This document shows, piece after piece, positions 8,557-16,946 of a stretch of DNA of 60,724 bases; within the stretch, counting starts at the first letter, position 1, and each line of letters opens with the position of its first letter. Source of the DNA: Actinomycetota bacterium (GTDB taxonomy: Bacteria > Actinomycetota > Acidimicrobiia > Acidimicrobiales > Ilumatobacteraceae); the NCBI GenBank assembly GCA_041184445.1, contig JBEGJW010000001.1, forward strand, positions 1 through 60,724. The letters are read 5' to 3'. The notes beneath the pieces were generated by a model that saw only the letters and a program-made list of their open reading frames with translations, was not told where the DNA came from and did no database searches. Both the position numbers and the translations under genes were made by a program.

Positions 8557-9486
8557 GTGAGTTCTGCATTGCGCGCGTCCGAAAGTGTTGGGCTCTCGGT
8601 TTCGCACCTCGTGATCAAATACGGTGACATCACAGCCGTTGACCATGTTTCATTTACGGCACAGCCTGGGCGCGTCACCGTCATTCTTGGACCCAATGGC
8701 GCCGGTAAGACATCCACAATCGAAGCCTGCGAAGGTTTTCTCGCACCAACATCAGGTTCAGTTCAGGTGCTCGGTCTCAACCCATTCTTGCAACGCAAAC
8801 AACTCAATCGAAAAATGGGAATCATGCTGCAAGAAGGAGGTATTTATCCTTCAGCACGCGTCGCAGAATTAGTGCGGCAATATTGCTCGCTCTATGGAAA
8901 TGACGCCGATGCAGAAGTACTTATTTCTCGCGTTGGACTTCAATCGGTTGCATCCACTACATACCGAAGGCTGTCTGGTGGAGAGAAACAGCGACTGTCG
9001 TTGGCGCTCGCTCTTGCCGCTCGACCACAAATTATTTTCCTTGACGAACCTACTTCTGGCATTGATGTGAATGGACGAGATCTTGTTCGCTCAATCATCA
9101 GAGAATTGCGAGATGCTGGCTGCTGCGTCATTGTTGCTACGCACGAACTTGACGAAGCAGAACGCATTGCCGATGATGTGCTCATCTTCCATTGCGGAAA
9201 TGTCGTTGCCGCTGGCACGTTGGATGAATTGCGCTCCGGGCGTGAAGAAATTCGTTTCAGGTCAACCTCGCGAATTGACCTTCACTCACTTTCCACCACG
9301 CTTGGACTACCCGTAGAACAAACTCGCCTCCATGAATTTACGGTTACAGGCACGAGCGATGCTCGCGTCATTGTTCAGCTCACCGACTGGGCAAAAGCTA
9401 ACCATGTTGACATAGGCGACATTGGTGCTGGGTCACAACGCTTAGACGATGTCTTTAGGCGTCTCACTACAGAGTCGGCATCATGA
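8557..9486 (+). CDS. ABC transporter ATP-binding protein (DrrA/ABC-2 type exporter)
   Basis: Walker A GPNGAGKTS, signature LSGGEKQRL, Walker B IIFLDEPTSGID. Overlaps the downstream permease by 4 nt. Confidence 0.9.
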   Translation: MSSALRASESVGLSVSHLVIKYGDITAVDHVSFTAQPGRVTVILGPNGAGKTSTIEACEGFLAPTSGSVQVLGLNPFLQRKQLNRKMGIMLQEGGIYPSARVAELVRQYCSLYGNDADAEVLISRVGLQSVASTTYRRLSGGEKQRLSLALALAARPQIIFLDEPTSGIDVNGRDLVRSIIRELRDAGCCVIVATHELDEAERIADDVLIFHCGNVVAAGTLDELRSGREEIRFRSTSRIDLHSLSTTLGLPVEQTRLHEFTVTGTSDARVIVQLTDWAKANHVDIGDIGAGSQRLDDVFRRLTTESAS

Positions 9487-10208
9487 AACTGCTCCGTATT
9501 CAATTGGCATGCGAACTGCGTGTACTTGCACGAAACGGTGAGCAATTGTTGCTCATTCTTGGCATCCCACTGTTACTGCTTTCATTTTTCAGCAATGTTG
9601 ACATTCTCCCTACCTCCGGTCAGAGCAGCGTCAACTTCTTACTTCCGGGCATTGTTGCCTTGGCCATCATGTCCACTGCAATGGTCAGCCTTGGCATTGC
9701 CACTGGGTTCGAACGTTCATATCAAGTACTCAAACGACTGGGTGCAACACCACTAGGAGTTCCAAGGCTTGTATTTGCCAAAGCACTTTCGGTGCTCGTT
9801 GTTGAATTGGTACAGGTGATGCTGCTCATCGGTTTGGCACAAGCATTTGGTGCAGACCTAGCTGGGTTGAACATCGCAAAACTGGCTTTGGCAATCGCTC
9901 TAGGAACACTTGCCTTTTCTGGCGTGGGACTTTCCCTTGCCGGGCGCCTACGTGGCGAAATCAATTTGGCCGCCCAAAACGCCTTGTATTTAGTGCTACT
10001 TCTCATTGGTGGAATCGTGTTTCCTTTGCAGGAGTTTCCATCGTGGCTGCATTGGGTAGGTCGAATCTCCCCGTCTGGTGCTCTTGCCGACGTAATGAGA
10101 GATGTCTTTTCCGGAACGTCCGTTCACGGCGCATCCTCATTTGTAGTACTGCTGTGTTGGGCTGTTGCGGCACAACTCTCAGCCTTCACATTGTTCCGCT
10201 GGAACTAG
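9483..10208 (+). CDS. ABC-2 type transporter permease
   Basis: 241 aa, about 6 TM helices, translationally coupled to the preceding ATPase (ATGA overlap). Confidence 0.8.
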   Translation: MKLLRIQLACELRVLARNGEQLLLILGIPLLLLSFFSNVDILPTSGQSSVNFLLPGIVALAIMSTAMVSLGIATGFERSYQVLKRLGATPLGVPRLVFAKALSVLVVELVQVMLLIGLAQAFGADLAGLNIAKLALAIALGTLAFSGVGLSLAGRLRGEINLAAQNALYLVLLLIGGIVFPLQEFPSWLHWVGRISPSGALADVMRDVFSGTSVHGASSFVVLLCWAVAAQLSAFTLFRWN

Positions 10209-11059
10209 TTACTGCTGCTTTTCTCGTCGGTAACGGCGTAATTTGATTCTGTAAAGAAGTTTCCAATGAACCGCCTGAAGAAGATCACCACCACGATCGT
10301 CCACAAATAAATCGATCCACCAGTTTTCATAATTGCACCGGCAAGCTGCTGATCGGTGGTCACCGATAACCCCCACACGCGCACAGCAATGTCGTAATGC
10401 TTGTACACCGCACCATCGGCAAACGTGAGCCACGCGGCCGGAACGGTTGGAACTACCGACATGAGGAAGAGATAAATCATCTTGCCGCCATATCCCAAAT
10501 GGCGCGACCGATCTGGTCCACAAATTGGGAACCACATCAACAATGCCGATGTCACCACGAGGACATGCAGCGAATAATGCAACGGCCCATTAGAAACACT
10601 TCTGTTCACCATTTGTGGAATGTGTGTCACCATAATGACGCCATTAAAGAGCAGACCCGCAACAACTGGCTTGGTCATAAAGTTGACCACTTTGCGCGCG
10701 CGTACGCCTGCAAAAATGAGATCGTAGAGCCACAGTGGAGTTGCAATCAACATGAGTGGCGGCATGAAGTACGAATACAGCATGTGTTGAAACATGTGCA
10801 CCGAATACAAATATTCTTCCGAAATATCGTGAATCGGCCAGTCTGAGGCGATCCATAACAGCAGGGCCCCAACTATGAATGCCCACAATTGCTTTCGCGA
10901 GATTACGTTGCCGTGAGTTACAACGCGGGGTCCGATGACACGAATTGCATACACATAGCTCGCTACAACAGCGATGACCAATACCCACACTTCAATATGG
11001 AGTTGAAATCTCCACGGATCAGGATTCACCAGTGCGAACATATGTGGTTCGCTGATCAC
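10205..11059 (-). CDS. ctaG: Cytochrome c oxidase assembly factor CtaG (caa3-type, membrane)
   Basis: 284-aa polytopic protein that is the last gene of the cta operon. Motifs WPIHDISEEYLYSVHMFQHML and MVTHIP resemble the Bacillus-type Caa3_CtaG family. Confidence 0.75.
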   Translation of the reverse strand: MISEPHMFALVNPDPWRFQLHIEVWVLVIAVVASYVYAIRVIGPRVVTHGNVISRKQLWAFIVGALLLWIASDWPIHDISEEYLYSVHMFQHMLYSYFMPPLMLIATPLWLYDLIFAGVRARKVVNFMTKPVVAGLLFNGVIMVTHIPQMVNRSVSNGPLHYSLHVLVVTSALLMWFPICGPDRSRHLGYGGKMIYLFLMSVVPTVPAAWLTFADGAVYKHYDIAVRVWGLSVTTDQQLAGAIMKTGGSIYLWTIVVVIFFRRFIGNFFTESNYAVTDEKSSSN

Positions 11060-11068
11060 AATTTCAAG

Positions 11069-11368
11069 TTAAGAGAAAAAGTGGAAGGTCGCGAGAAAAA
11101 TTCCGTACACGGCGATGGCAAGGATGAGCCCCGCGTAGAACACCCACGAGAACAACTTATTGTCGAACTTCAAATGCATGAAGTAGCTCACAACAATGAC
11201 GAACTTGATTGTCATCATGATGAGCAGCGCAGGAAGGAAAAAGTGACCAAAGTCCACGTAATAGGTGGAAACTTCAAGAGCCGTAATCGCGGCAAGGATT
11301 GCTGCGATGCGGACGTAACCGGCATTTGACATGCCGTGTTCAGTTGTTGAGTGTGTCTCTGTTGTCAT
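11069..11368 (-). CDS. ctaF: Cytochrome c oxidase subunit IV (prokaryotic COX4/CtaF type)
   Basis: About 99 aa with 3 TM helices and the motif YFMHLKFDNKLFSW, typical of bacterial oxidase subunit IV. The start is taken at ATG 11368, directly after the ctaE stop at 11371-11373. Confidence 0.8.
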   Translation of the reverse strand: MTTETHSTTEHGMSNAGYVRIAAILAAITALEVSTYYVDFGHFFLPALLIMMTIKFVIVVSYFMHLKFDNKLFSWVFYAGLILAIAVYGIFLATFHFFS

Positions 11369-11370
11369 GA

Positions 11371-11967
11371 TCAGGCCGGGATGAGGTAGATAAGGGTGAA
11401 AATAATGATCCAAATGATGTCCACAAAGTGCCAATAGAGCCCGATCATTTCAACCGTTTCGGCTTTGCTGCCAGGAACCTTGGAACGCTTCATAATGCCA
11501 ACGATTGACATCAGCATGATGATTCCCACGGTGACGTGCACTCCGTGGAAACCGGTGAGGACGAAGAAGCTTGACGAAAACAGGCTGGTCGTGAATCCCA
11601 TACCCTCGTGGTAGAACGCTGTGAACTCATACACCTGACCGCCCACGAACGTAGCTCCAAGCAATGCGGTAACGGTGACCCACAAGTACGTGTTGCGATC
11701 ATCGCCCTTATGTGCGGCCGATACAGCGAGCACCATGGTGAGCGAGCTCATGAGCAACACGAAGCTGCTGACTGAGGTAAACGGAATATCGAATACTTGC
11801 GATGGACGTGGACCAGCACCCACGCGACCGCGGTACAACATGTAGGTAGAAATCAGTCCGCCGAACAACAAACATTCTGAACCAAGGAACAACCACATAC
11901 CGAGTTTGTTGTTGGACAAACCGGTGCTTGAGTGTGCTCCACCATCGGTGTGGCTATCTGAAGTCAT
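11371..11967 (-). CDS. ctaE: Cytochrome c oxidase subunit III
   Basis: LGMWLFLGSECLLFGGLI...FFVLTGFHGVHVTVG...LYWHFVDIIWIIIF are COX3 signatures. The start is set at ATG 11967, downstream of the ctaD stop at 11978. Confidence 0.9.
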   Translation of the reverse strand: MTSDSHTDGGAHSSTGLSNNKLGMWLFLGSECLLFGGLISTYMLYRGRVGAGPRPSQVFDIPFTSVSSFVLLMSSLTMVLAVSAAHKGDDRNTYLWVTVTALLGATFVGGQVYEFTAFYHEGMGFTTSLFSSSFFVLTGFHGVHVTVGIIMLMSIVGIMKRSKVPGSKAETVEMIGLYWHFVDIIWIIIFTLIYLIPA

Positions 11968-11977
11968 TACTGCGTGC

Positions 11978-13954
11978 TCAGCCAACGTGAACCACATCCT
12001 TTGTTGTTGCAGGTGGATCGAAGTCATCATCAGGTGCTGTGCTTGGCTCAATCGCCCAGCCGTATGCACCGAACAACACAATCACACCACCAAAAATTGC
12101 GATTGGAATGGAATAGATCACGCCGAAAGCAATCACAGGCAAGCCAGCAGCAAGCACAATCGGCCAATACGAAGGTGACGGCATGTGAATGTGCGCATCA
12201 GCATTGTCTTCGAGTTCTTTCATGACCTGCTCTGCAGTTTTCACTTTCACCATTTGACCGTTGGCGTCTTCTTGATACTTACGGTGGAAGAATTCGTCAA
12301 GATGCGAAACAGTAGGAATGCTGTCAAAGTTGTGCTCTTTCGGAGGGTTGGATGTCATCCACTCCAGGCTGCGTGCGTCCCATGGGTCGAGCGGTGCAAC
12401 TTTGCCCTTGCGTGTGGTGATGACCACATTGATGAGGAACAACAACACTCCCGTTGTCAATACAAGCGATCCGATTGAAGCAATTCGGTTCCAAAAGCCC
12501 AGGTTAAAGAACCCTTCACCTGCACGAGCTTCGGTCCACTGGTACATACGACGCGGTTGGCCTTGCAGACCAAGAATATGCATTGGTCCGAACGTCATGT
12601 TCATACCAATGACCATCATCCAGAAGTTCCACGTACCCAATTTTTCATTAAGCAACTTGCCGAACACTTTTGGCCACCAGTAATAGAAACCAGAGAACAA
12701 ACCAAAAACTGCGCCGCCAAATAGCACGTAATGGAAGTGAGCAACGATGTAGTAGGTGTCAGTTTGCTGTGTGTCAGATGGAGCAATCGAGTGTGTTACA
12801 CCCGACAATCCACCAATGGTGAACAGCACAATAAGCCCGACCGCAAACTTCATCGCCACAGTGAACTGCAACTTTCCACCCCAAATCGTCATCGTCCAGT
12901 TCACGATCTTCACACCAGTTGGAACGGCGATCGCCATTGTTGAGATGGAGAAGACTGCAACCGATACTGGTCCAAGTCCAGAAGCAAACATGTGGTGAGC
13001 CCACACACCCCAACCAACGAATCCAATGGCTGCTCCCGAGAACACCACGAACGGATAACCGAACAATGGCTTACGGGAGAACACTGGAAGTACTTCAGAG
13101 ATAATTCCGAAGCTTGGAAGAATCAAGATGTATACCTCTGGGTGACCGAAGATCCAGAAGAGGTGCTGCCACAACAATGGATCAGCGCCTGCGGAAACGT
13201 CGAAGAACGTTGCTCCGAAGTTGCGCTGGAATGACAGCAGGAACAACGCGACGGTGATTACTGGAACTGCGAACAAAAGCAGGAACTGCACGACCAACTG
13301 CATCCAGGTGAAGATCGGCATGCGCATGAGCTTCATTCCAGGAGCGCGCATGTTGAGCACGGTGGTGATGAGGTTTACTGCGCCGGCAAGTGAGGCAATA
13401 CCTGCAAGTTGAAGTCCAAGAATCCAGAAGTCAATTCCGTGACTTGGTGAGAAAATTGGTCCCGAGTTCGGTGCGTACATGAACCAACCACCGTCGGCCG
13501 CCCCACCAAGGAACCAGGACAAGTTGAGGAAAATTCCACCAAACAACAACGCCCAGAAACTGAAGGCGTTGATGCGTGGAAACGCAACGTCGCGTGCGCC
13601 AATTTGTAGTGGGATGAAATAGTTAGCAAGACCCGCTGCCATTGGCATGACAAACAAGAACACCATGGTTGTTGCATGCATGGTGAACATTTGGTTGTAC
13701 AAGTCTGCGTTCAGCACTTTGCCGTTTGGTGCAGCGAGTTGTAAACGAATAAGTACGGCTTCGAGTCCACCAACGATGAAGAAGAACAACGCAGTGGCGG
13801 AATACATGATGCCGAGTTTTTTGTGGTCAACCGTGAACAACCACGATTTCCAACCGGTTGTTGCTACCGGACGCTTCAACGCTCCAAGTGATGAACTTGG
13901 TGTCGCGCTTACCAACGCTTCAGTGCTGGTTATCGATCGCTCAATGATGGCCAT
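11978..13954 (-). CDS. ctaD: Cytochrome c oxidase subunit I with a C-terminal two-helix extension
   Basis: All canonical ligand motifs are present: MFTMHATTM, WIFGHPEVYILILP, WAHHMF, VAHFHYV. At 658 aa it is long because of a C-terminal hairpin, HMPSPSYWPIVLAAGLPVIAFG...GAYGWAIEPS. Confidence 0.97.
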   Translation of the reverse strand: MAIIERSITSTEALVSATPSSSLGALKRPVATTGWKSWLFTVDHKKLGIMYSATALFFFIVGGLEAVLIRLQLAAPNGKVLNADLYNQMFTMHATTMVFLFVMPMAAGLANYFIPLQIGARDVAFPRINAFSFWALLFGGIFLNLSWFLGGAADGGWFMYAPNSGPIFSPSHGIDFWILGLQLAGIASLAGAVNLITTVLNMRAPGMKLMRMPIFTWMQLVVQFLLLFAVPVITVALFLLSFQRNFGATFFDVSAGADPLLWQHLFWIFGHPEVYILILPSFGIISEVLPVFSRKPLFGYPFVVFSGAAIGFVGWGVWAHHMFASGLGPVSVAVFSISTMAIAVPTGVKIVNWTMTIWGGKLQFTVAMKFAVGLIVLFTIGGLSGVTHSIAPSDTQQTDTYYIVAHFHYVLFGGAVFGLFSGFYYWWPKVFGKLLNEKLGTWNFWMMVIGMNMTFGPMHILGLQGQPRRMYQWTEARAGEGFFNLGFWNRIASIGSLVLTTGVLLFLINVVITTRKGKVAPLDPWDARSLEWMTSNPPKEHNFDSIPTVSHLDEFFHRKYQEDANGQMVKVKTAEQVMKELEDNADAHIHMPSPSYWPIVLAAGLPVIAFGVIYSIPIAIFGGVIVLFGAYGWAIEPSTAPDDDFDPPATTKDVVHVG

Positions 13955-13966
13955 GGTTCTCCCTAA

Positions 13967-15214
13967 TTACTTCAGCGTCAACAGGTAGGCGACAAGCTTT
14001 TCAATGTCGGATTCGGTGAGCCCAAGGTTTGGCATTCCGCGATACTTGCCACCCGTGCTTGCGAGCAAGGCAGGGTTCGAGTACATCGGCTTCATGCCTG
14101 GAGCATTGCGCAACCAACCACGTAAATCAGTTTGATTCAAACACTCTTCGCTCACGCCACTCAAATACTTCGCACCGAACGACTCGGAATCGGCACCCCA
14201 CACCTCTTTGCGGCACGTCTTATTCAACAAATCGAATGTTGCGCCAGCGAACGTATTGCGGCTCATGAGGTGCGACAAGTTTGGTGCAGCACCCGAAACG
14301 ATGTTTTCGTCAGGCGCCGCGATTACTGGAGTTCCATCGGCACGCTTCATGCCGTTCACTTGGTGACATCGCGTGCACTGATTCATAAACACCGCTTCGC
14401 CCTCTTTGGCAAGCGTGTTCTCTGCAGGCGAGGTGTATGGCTTCAACTGATTAGCCACCCACTTTGCGAAGTCGGCTTTACTCAATGCAATTGCTTCCAT
14501 GCGCATGTTGGCGTGCGAAAGACCACAGAACTCGGTGCATTGACCCGCATAGATTCCTGGCTTGTCAGCTTCGATTCTGTTCAAGTGAACGCGGCCCGGA
14601 ACAGCATCGCGTTTACCGTTCAGAGCAGGAATCCAATATGAGTGAATAACGTCGCGGCTGGTTTCGCGCAACAACACTTTTGTACCTGCAGGGATAACTA
14701 ATTGTCCAGAAGTGATAATTGGCTGGGTAATGCCATATTCGTTTTGAACTGGATAGTCGTATTCCCACCACCACTGCTGACCAGTGACGTTGATAATCAT
14801 TTCGGTATCGCTGGTCTTTGCAAGATCAAATACCGTGCGGAACGTAAACACACCAACAACAGTCAAAATAAGCGCAGGAATAATTGTCAGAGTGATTTCA
14901 AGTGCAGGGTTACCGTGCGACTGATGCGGAATCGGTTGGCCTTTGTCACGGAATTTAATGACGGCTGTAATTACCACTGCCGTAACAATGACGCCAATAA
15001 TTCCGGCAACCGCAAAAACTGGTTTCTGCAGGTTGTCAATAATTTTGGCGTTTGGCCCCTTTGGCTTCCACGTGTCCTGAGGTGCATTCGTTGCACAACC
15101 TGCAAGGAACATGGTGGTTGCAAAACCGGATACCGCTCCAATTACTCGACGACGCATACTGGCAAGCCTATTGACGCCATTGGTTTTGTGTTCAGTTGTG
15201 TTTTGGTGTCTCAC
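13967..15214 (-). CDS. ctaC: Cytochrome c oxidase subunit II fused to a C-terminal mono-heme cytochrome c domain (caa3-type)
   Basis: CuA site HSYWIP...CTEFCGLSHANM. C-terminal CXXCH (CTRCHQ) with a distal Met region. Lipoprotein-like N-terminus (FLAGCA). The GTG start overlaps the upstream stop (GTGA). Confidence 0.93.
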   Translation of the reverse strand: MRHQNTTEHKTNGVNRLASMRRRVIGAVSGFATTMFLAGCATNAPQDTWKPKGPNAKIIDNLQKPVFAVAGIIGVIVTAVVITAVIKFRDKGQPIPHQSHGNPALEITLTIIPALILTVVGVFTFRTVFDLAKTSDTEMIINVTGQQWWWEYDYPVQNEYGITQPIITSGQLVIPAGTKVLLRETSRDVIHSYWIPALNGKRDAVPGRVHLNRIEADKPGIYAGQCTEFCGLSHANMRMEAIALSKADFAKWVANQLKPYTSPAENTLAKEGEAVFMNQCTRCHQVNGMKRADGTPVIAAPDENIVSGAAPNLSHLMSRNTFAGATFDLLNKTCRKEVWGADSESFGAKYLSGVSEECLNQTDLRGWLRNAPGMKPMYSNPALLASTGGKYRGMPNLGLTESDIEKLVAYLLTLK

Positions 15215-16323
15215 GGCACAATCACCTCAATGCTTTGTCCGGCAAGTCCTGGAACGGTCAACGTGAACGGCTTTCCCGCTACTGCTGGCTTTGGGATATT
15301 CAGGATGAGCATTTGCTCTGAACCCTGAGGAATGAGTTGGGTGCACTGCACCACATCTTCGTTCACACCAGCGGTGACCATTTTGCTTCCCAAACTTGCA
15401 ACCAGTCGATATTCCCCATCGCTTTTGTTACGGAACACAATGTTCGTTGGATTGGAGCGCGGAACCGTGATGGACTTTTGTTCTCCCGCAATTCCCTGCA
15501 CAATTGCAACGAGCTTTCCATCCACGAGATCGATATGGGTGTCCACGCTTGCCGTCGCCGACACACCACCTAATGGAAGCTTGTCGAAGTGTTCAGACTT
15601 TTCCGCTCCACATTCTTGATGCAGATAGTGACCTTCTTCTTGTGCAAGCACGAGTTCTTCACGAACACCTGCCCCTGCGCCAGCAATTCCAGCAGCAACA
15701 ATTCCGACAGCACCAATAACGCAAATACCAGTAACCAGCCCGCGCTTCAGGTTTGGACGAATGGAAAACAACACGCCGGCTGCAAGCACTAGCGAACCGA
15801 GAACAATAAACGAAGTTGCACCAACGCTCTTGTTCACTGCAAGGGTGATGCGTGAGAATGAGAAAATCACCACTCCCAGACCCACCGCAGCAAGAACTGG
15901 GAATTCAATTGGGTTGAGCAGGCGCTTACGCAACGATGCGTTATAGGCAACGTCGCTTGATGCTCGCTCGGACCAGCTGAGTACGGTCCATTCAATGAGC
16001 GCGGCGAGTAAGGCAACGATTCCGAACAGCGTCACCACAGGCGAAGTGATGGTTCCAACAAGCAACAGCGTTGCACCAACGGCAGCGATCAGTGGCCAAA
16101 TCGATCCTGTTGGTGCAGCAGTTGTTGCTGCAACACCATCTTCGTCTTTTGCGCCATCACGGGTAGAGAGCATTAAGGCCGTGAGTAATCCAGTTGCAGC
16201 CACAAGACCCAACAGTGCCGTTGCGCCTATAGCCGACTCGCCAATCAGAAACATATAGATGGCAAATGAAATTGCTCCAAGGAAGCTGACCCCGAAGAAG
16301 TATTTAGATCCAGTTGAAAACAT
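15211..16323 (-). CDS. Polytopic membrane protein with a C-terminal cupredoxin-like domain lacking a CuA site (degenerate oxidase subunit II-like)
   Basis: About 7 TM helices, then a beta-rich domain. ITVPRSNPTNIVFRNKSDGEYRLV aligns to CtaC LVIPAGTKVLLRETSRDVIHSYW, but no H..CxxxC..H..M motif is present. The N-terminal part has an SxWP two-helix motif (GSIWPLIAAVG...LIEWTVL). The start is taken at ATG 16323 (MFSTGSKYFFG), since the ORF-track start overlaps the upstream gene. Confidence 0.6.
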   Translation of the reverse strand: MFSTGSKYFFGVSFLGAISFAIYMFLIGESAIGATALLGLVAATGLLTALMLSTRDGAKDEDGVAATTAAPTGSIWPLIAAVGATLLLVGTITSPVVTLFGIVALLAALIEWTVLSWSERASSDVAYNASLRKRLLNPIEFPVLAAVGLGVVIFSFSRITLAVNKSVGATSFIVLGSLVLAAGVLFSIRPNLKRGLVTGICVIGAVGIVAAGIAGAGAGVREELVLAQEEGHYLHQECGAEKSEHFDKLPLGGVSATASVDTHIDLVDGKLVAIVQGIAGEQKSITVPRSNPTNIVFRNKSDGEYRLVASLGSKMVTAGVNEDVVQCTQLIPQGSEQMLILNIPKPAVAGKPFTLTVPGLAGQSIEVIVP

Positions 16324-16331
16324 TGCGCTAC

Positions 16332-16946
16332 CTATTTCTGCACGTACACGACGAACCACAACGCGATAAACGTTGCAGTGAGGAAGTACCAATACAAGGA
16401 ATGTGCAGTGACCACTGCGCGATCAGCAACTCGACCACCCAACACTCGAAATGCGGCTACAAACGAAAACGCCACTCCAGTGCAAATAAGTAGGAGCATC
16501 GTTCCCGTAATTGCGTAAAACATTGTCTGATAAGCGCCATCAGCAAGCACAGCTTCCATTTGCTTATAAATGGCTACTTGCGCATTGATTGCAGCAATGC
16601 CAATGAGACCGGTAATGAACAAAGCGAGCGTGGTGTGCTGAGAATCTTTGCGTGTTGCGGAATACACAGCCCATTGACCCATAATTGCGGCAATGACCAT
16701 GGTGATGGCAAGCGTGTTTGTTGCAACTTCTGGAATCTTGAGATCGGCAGGAAGCCAATCGTGAATCATTTTTCCGCCCTTGCCGGCGCGCAACGGAGAT
16801 GCATCACGGAACTTAAACCACACGGCCAACATGCCAAACATCAACATGGTTCCAGCAGCAACAACTGAGCCCGTTGCGATAAACAGCGGGTGTCGTGCAG
16901 CAGTCGTTGGACCTGCTGGCAATACGCGATCAACTGCGGTGGTCAT
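16332..16946 (-). CDS. Heme-copper oxidase subunit III-like membrane protein (divergent paralog)
   Basis: 204 aa, about 5 TM helices. FYAITGTMLLLICTG and SLYWYFLTATFIALWFVVYV align with CtaE FFVLTGFHGVHVTVG and GLYWHFVDIIWIIIFTLIYL. ATGA overlap with the upstream gene. Confidence 0.65.
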   Translation of the reverse strand: MTTAVDRVLPAGPTTAARHPLFIATGSVVAAGTMLMFGMLAVWFKFRDASPLRAGKGGKMIHDWLPADLKIPEVATNTLAITMVIAAIMGQWAVYSATRKDSQHTTLALFITGLIGIAAINAQVAIYKQMEAVLADGAYQTMFYAITGTMLLLICTGVAFSFVAAFRVLGGRVADRAVVTAHSLYWYFLTATFIALWFVVYVQK

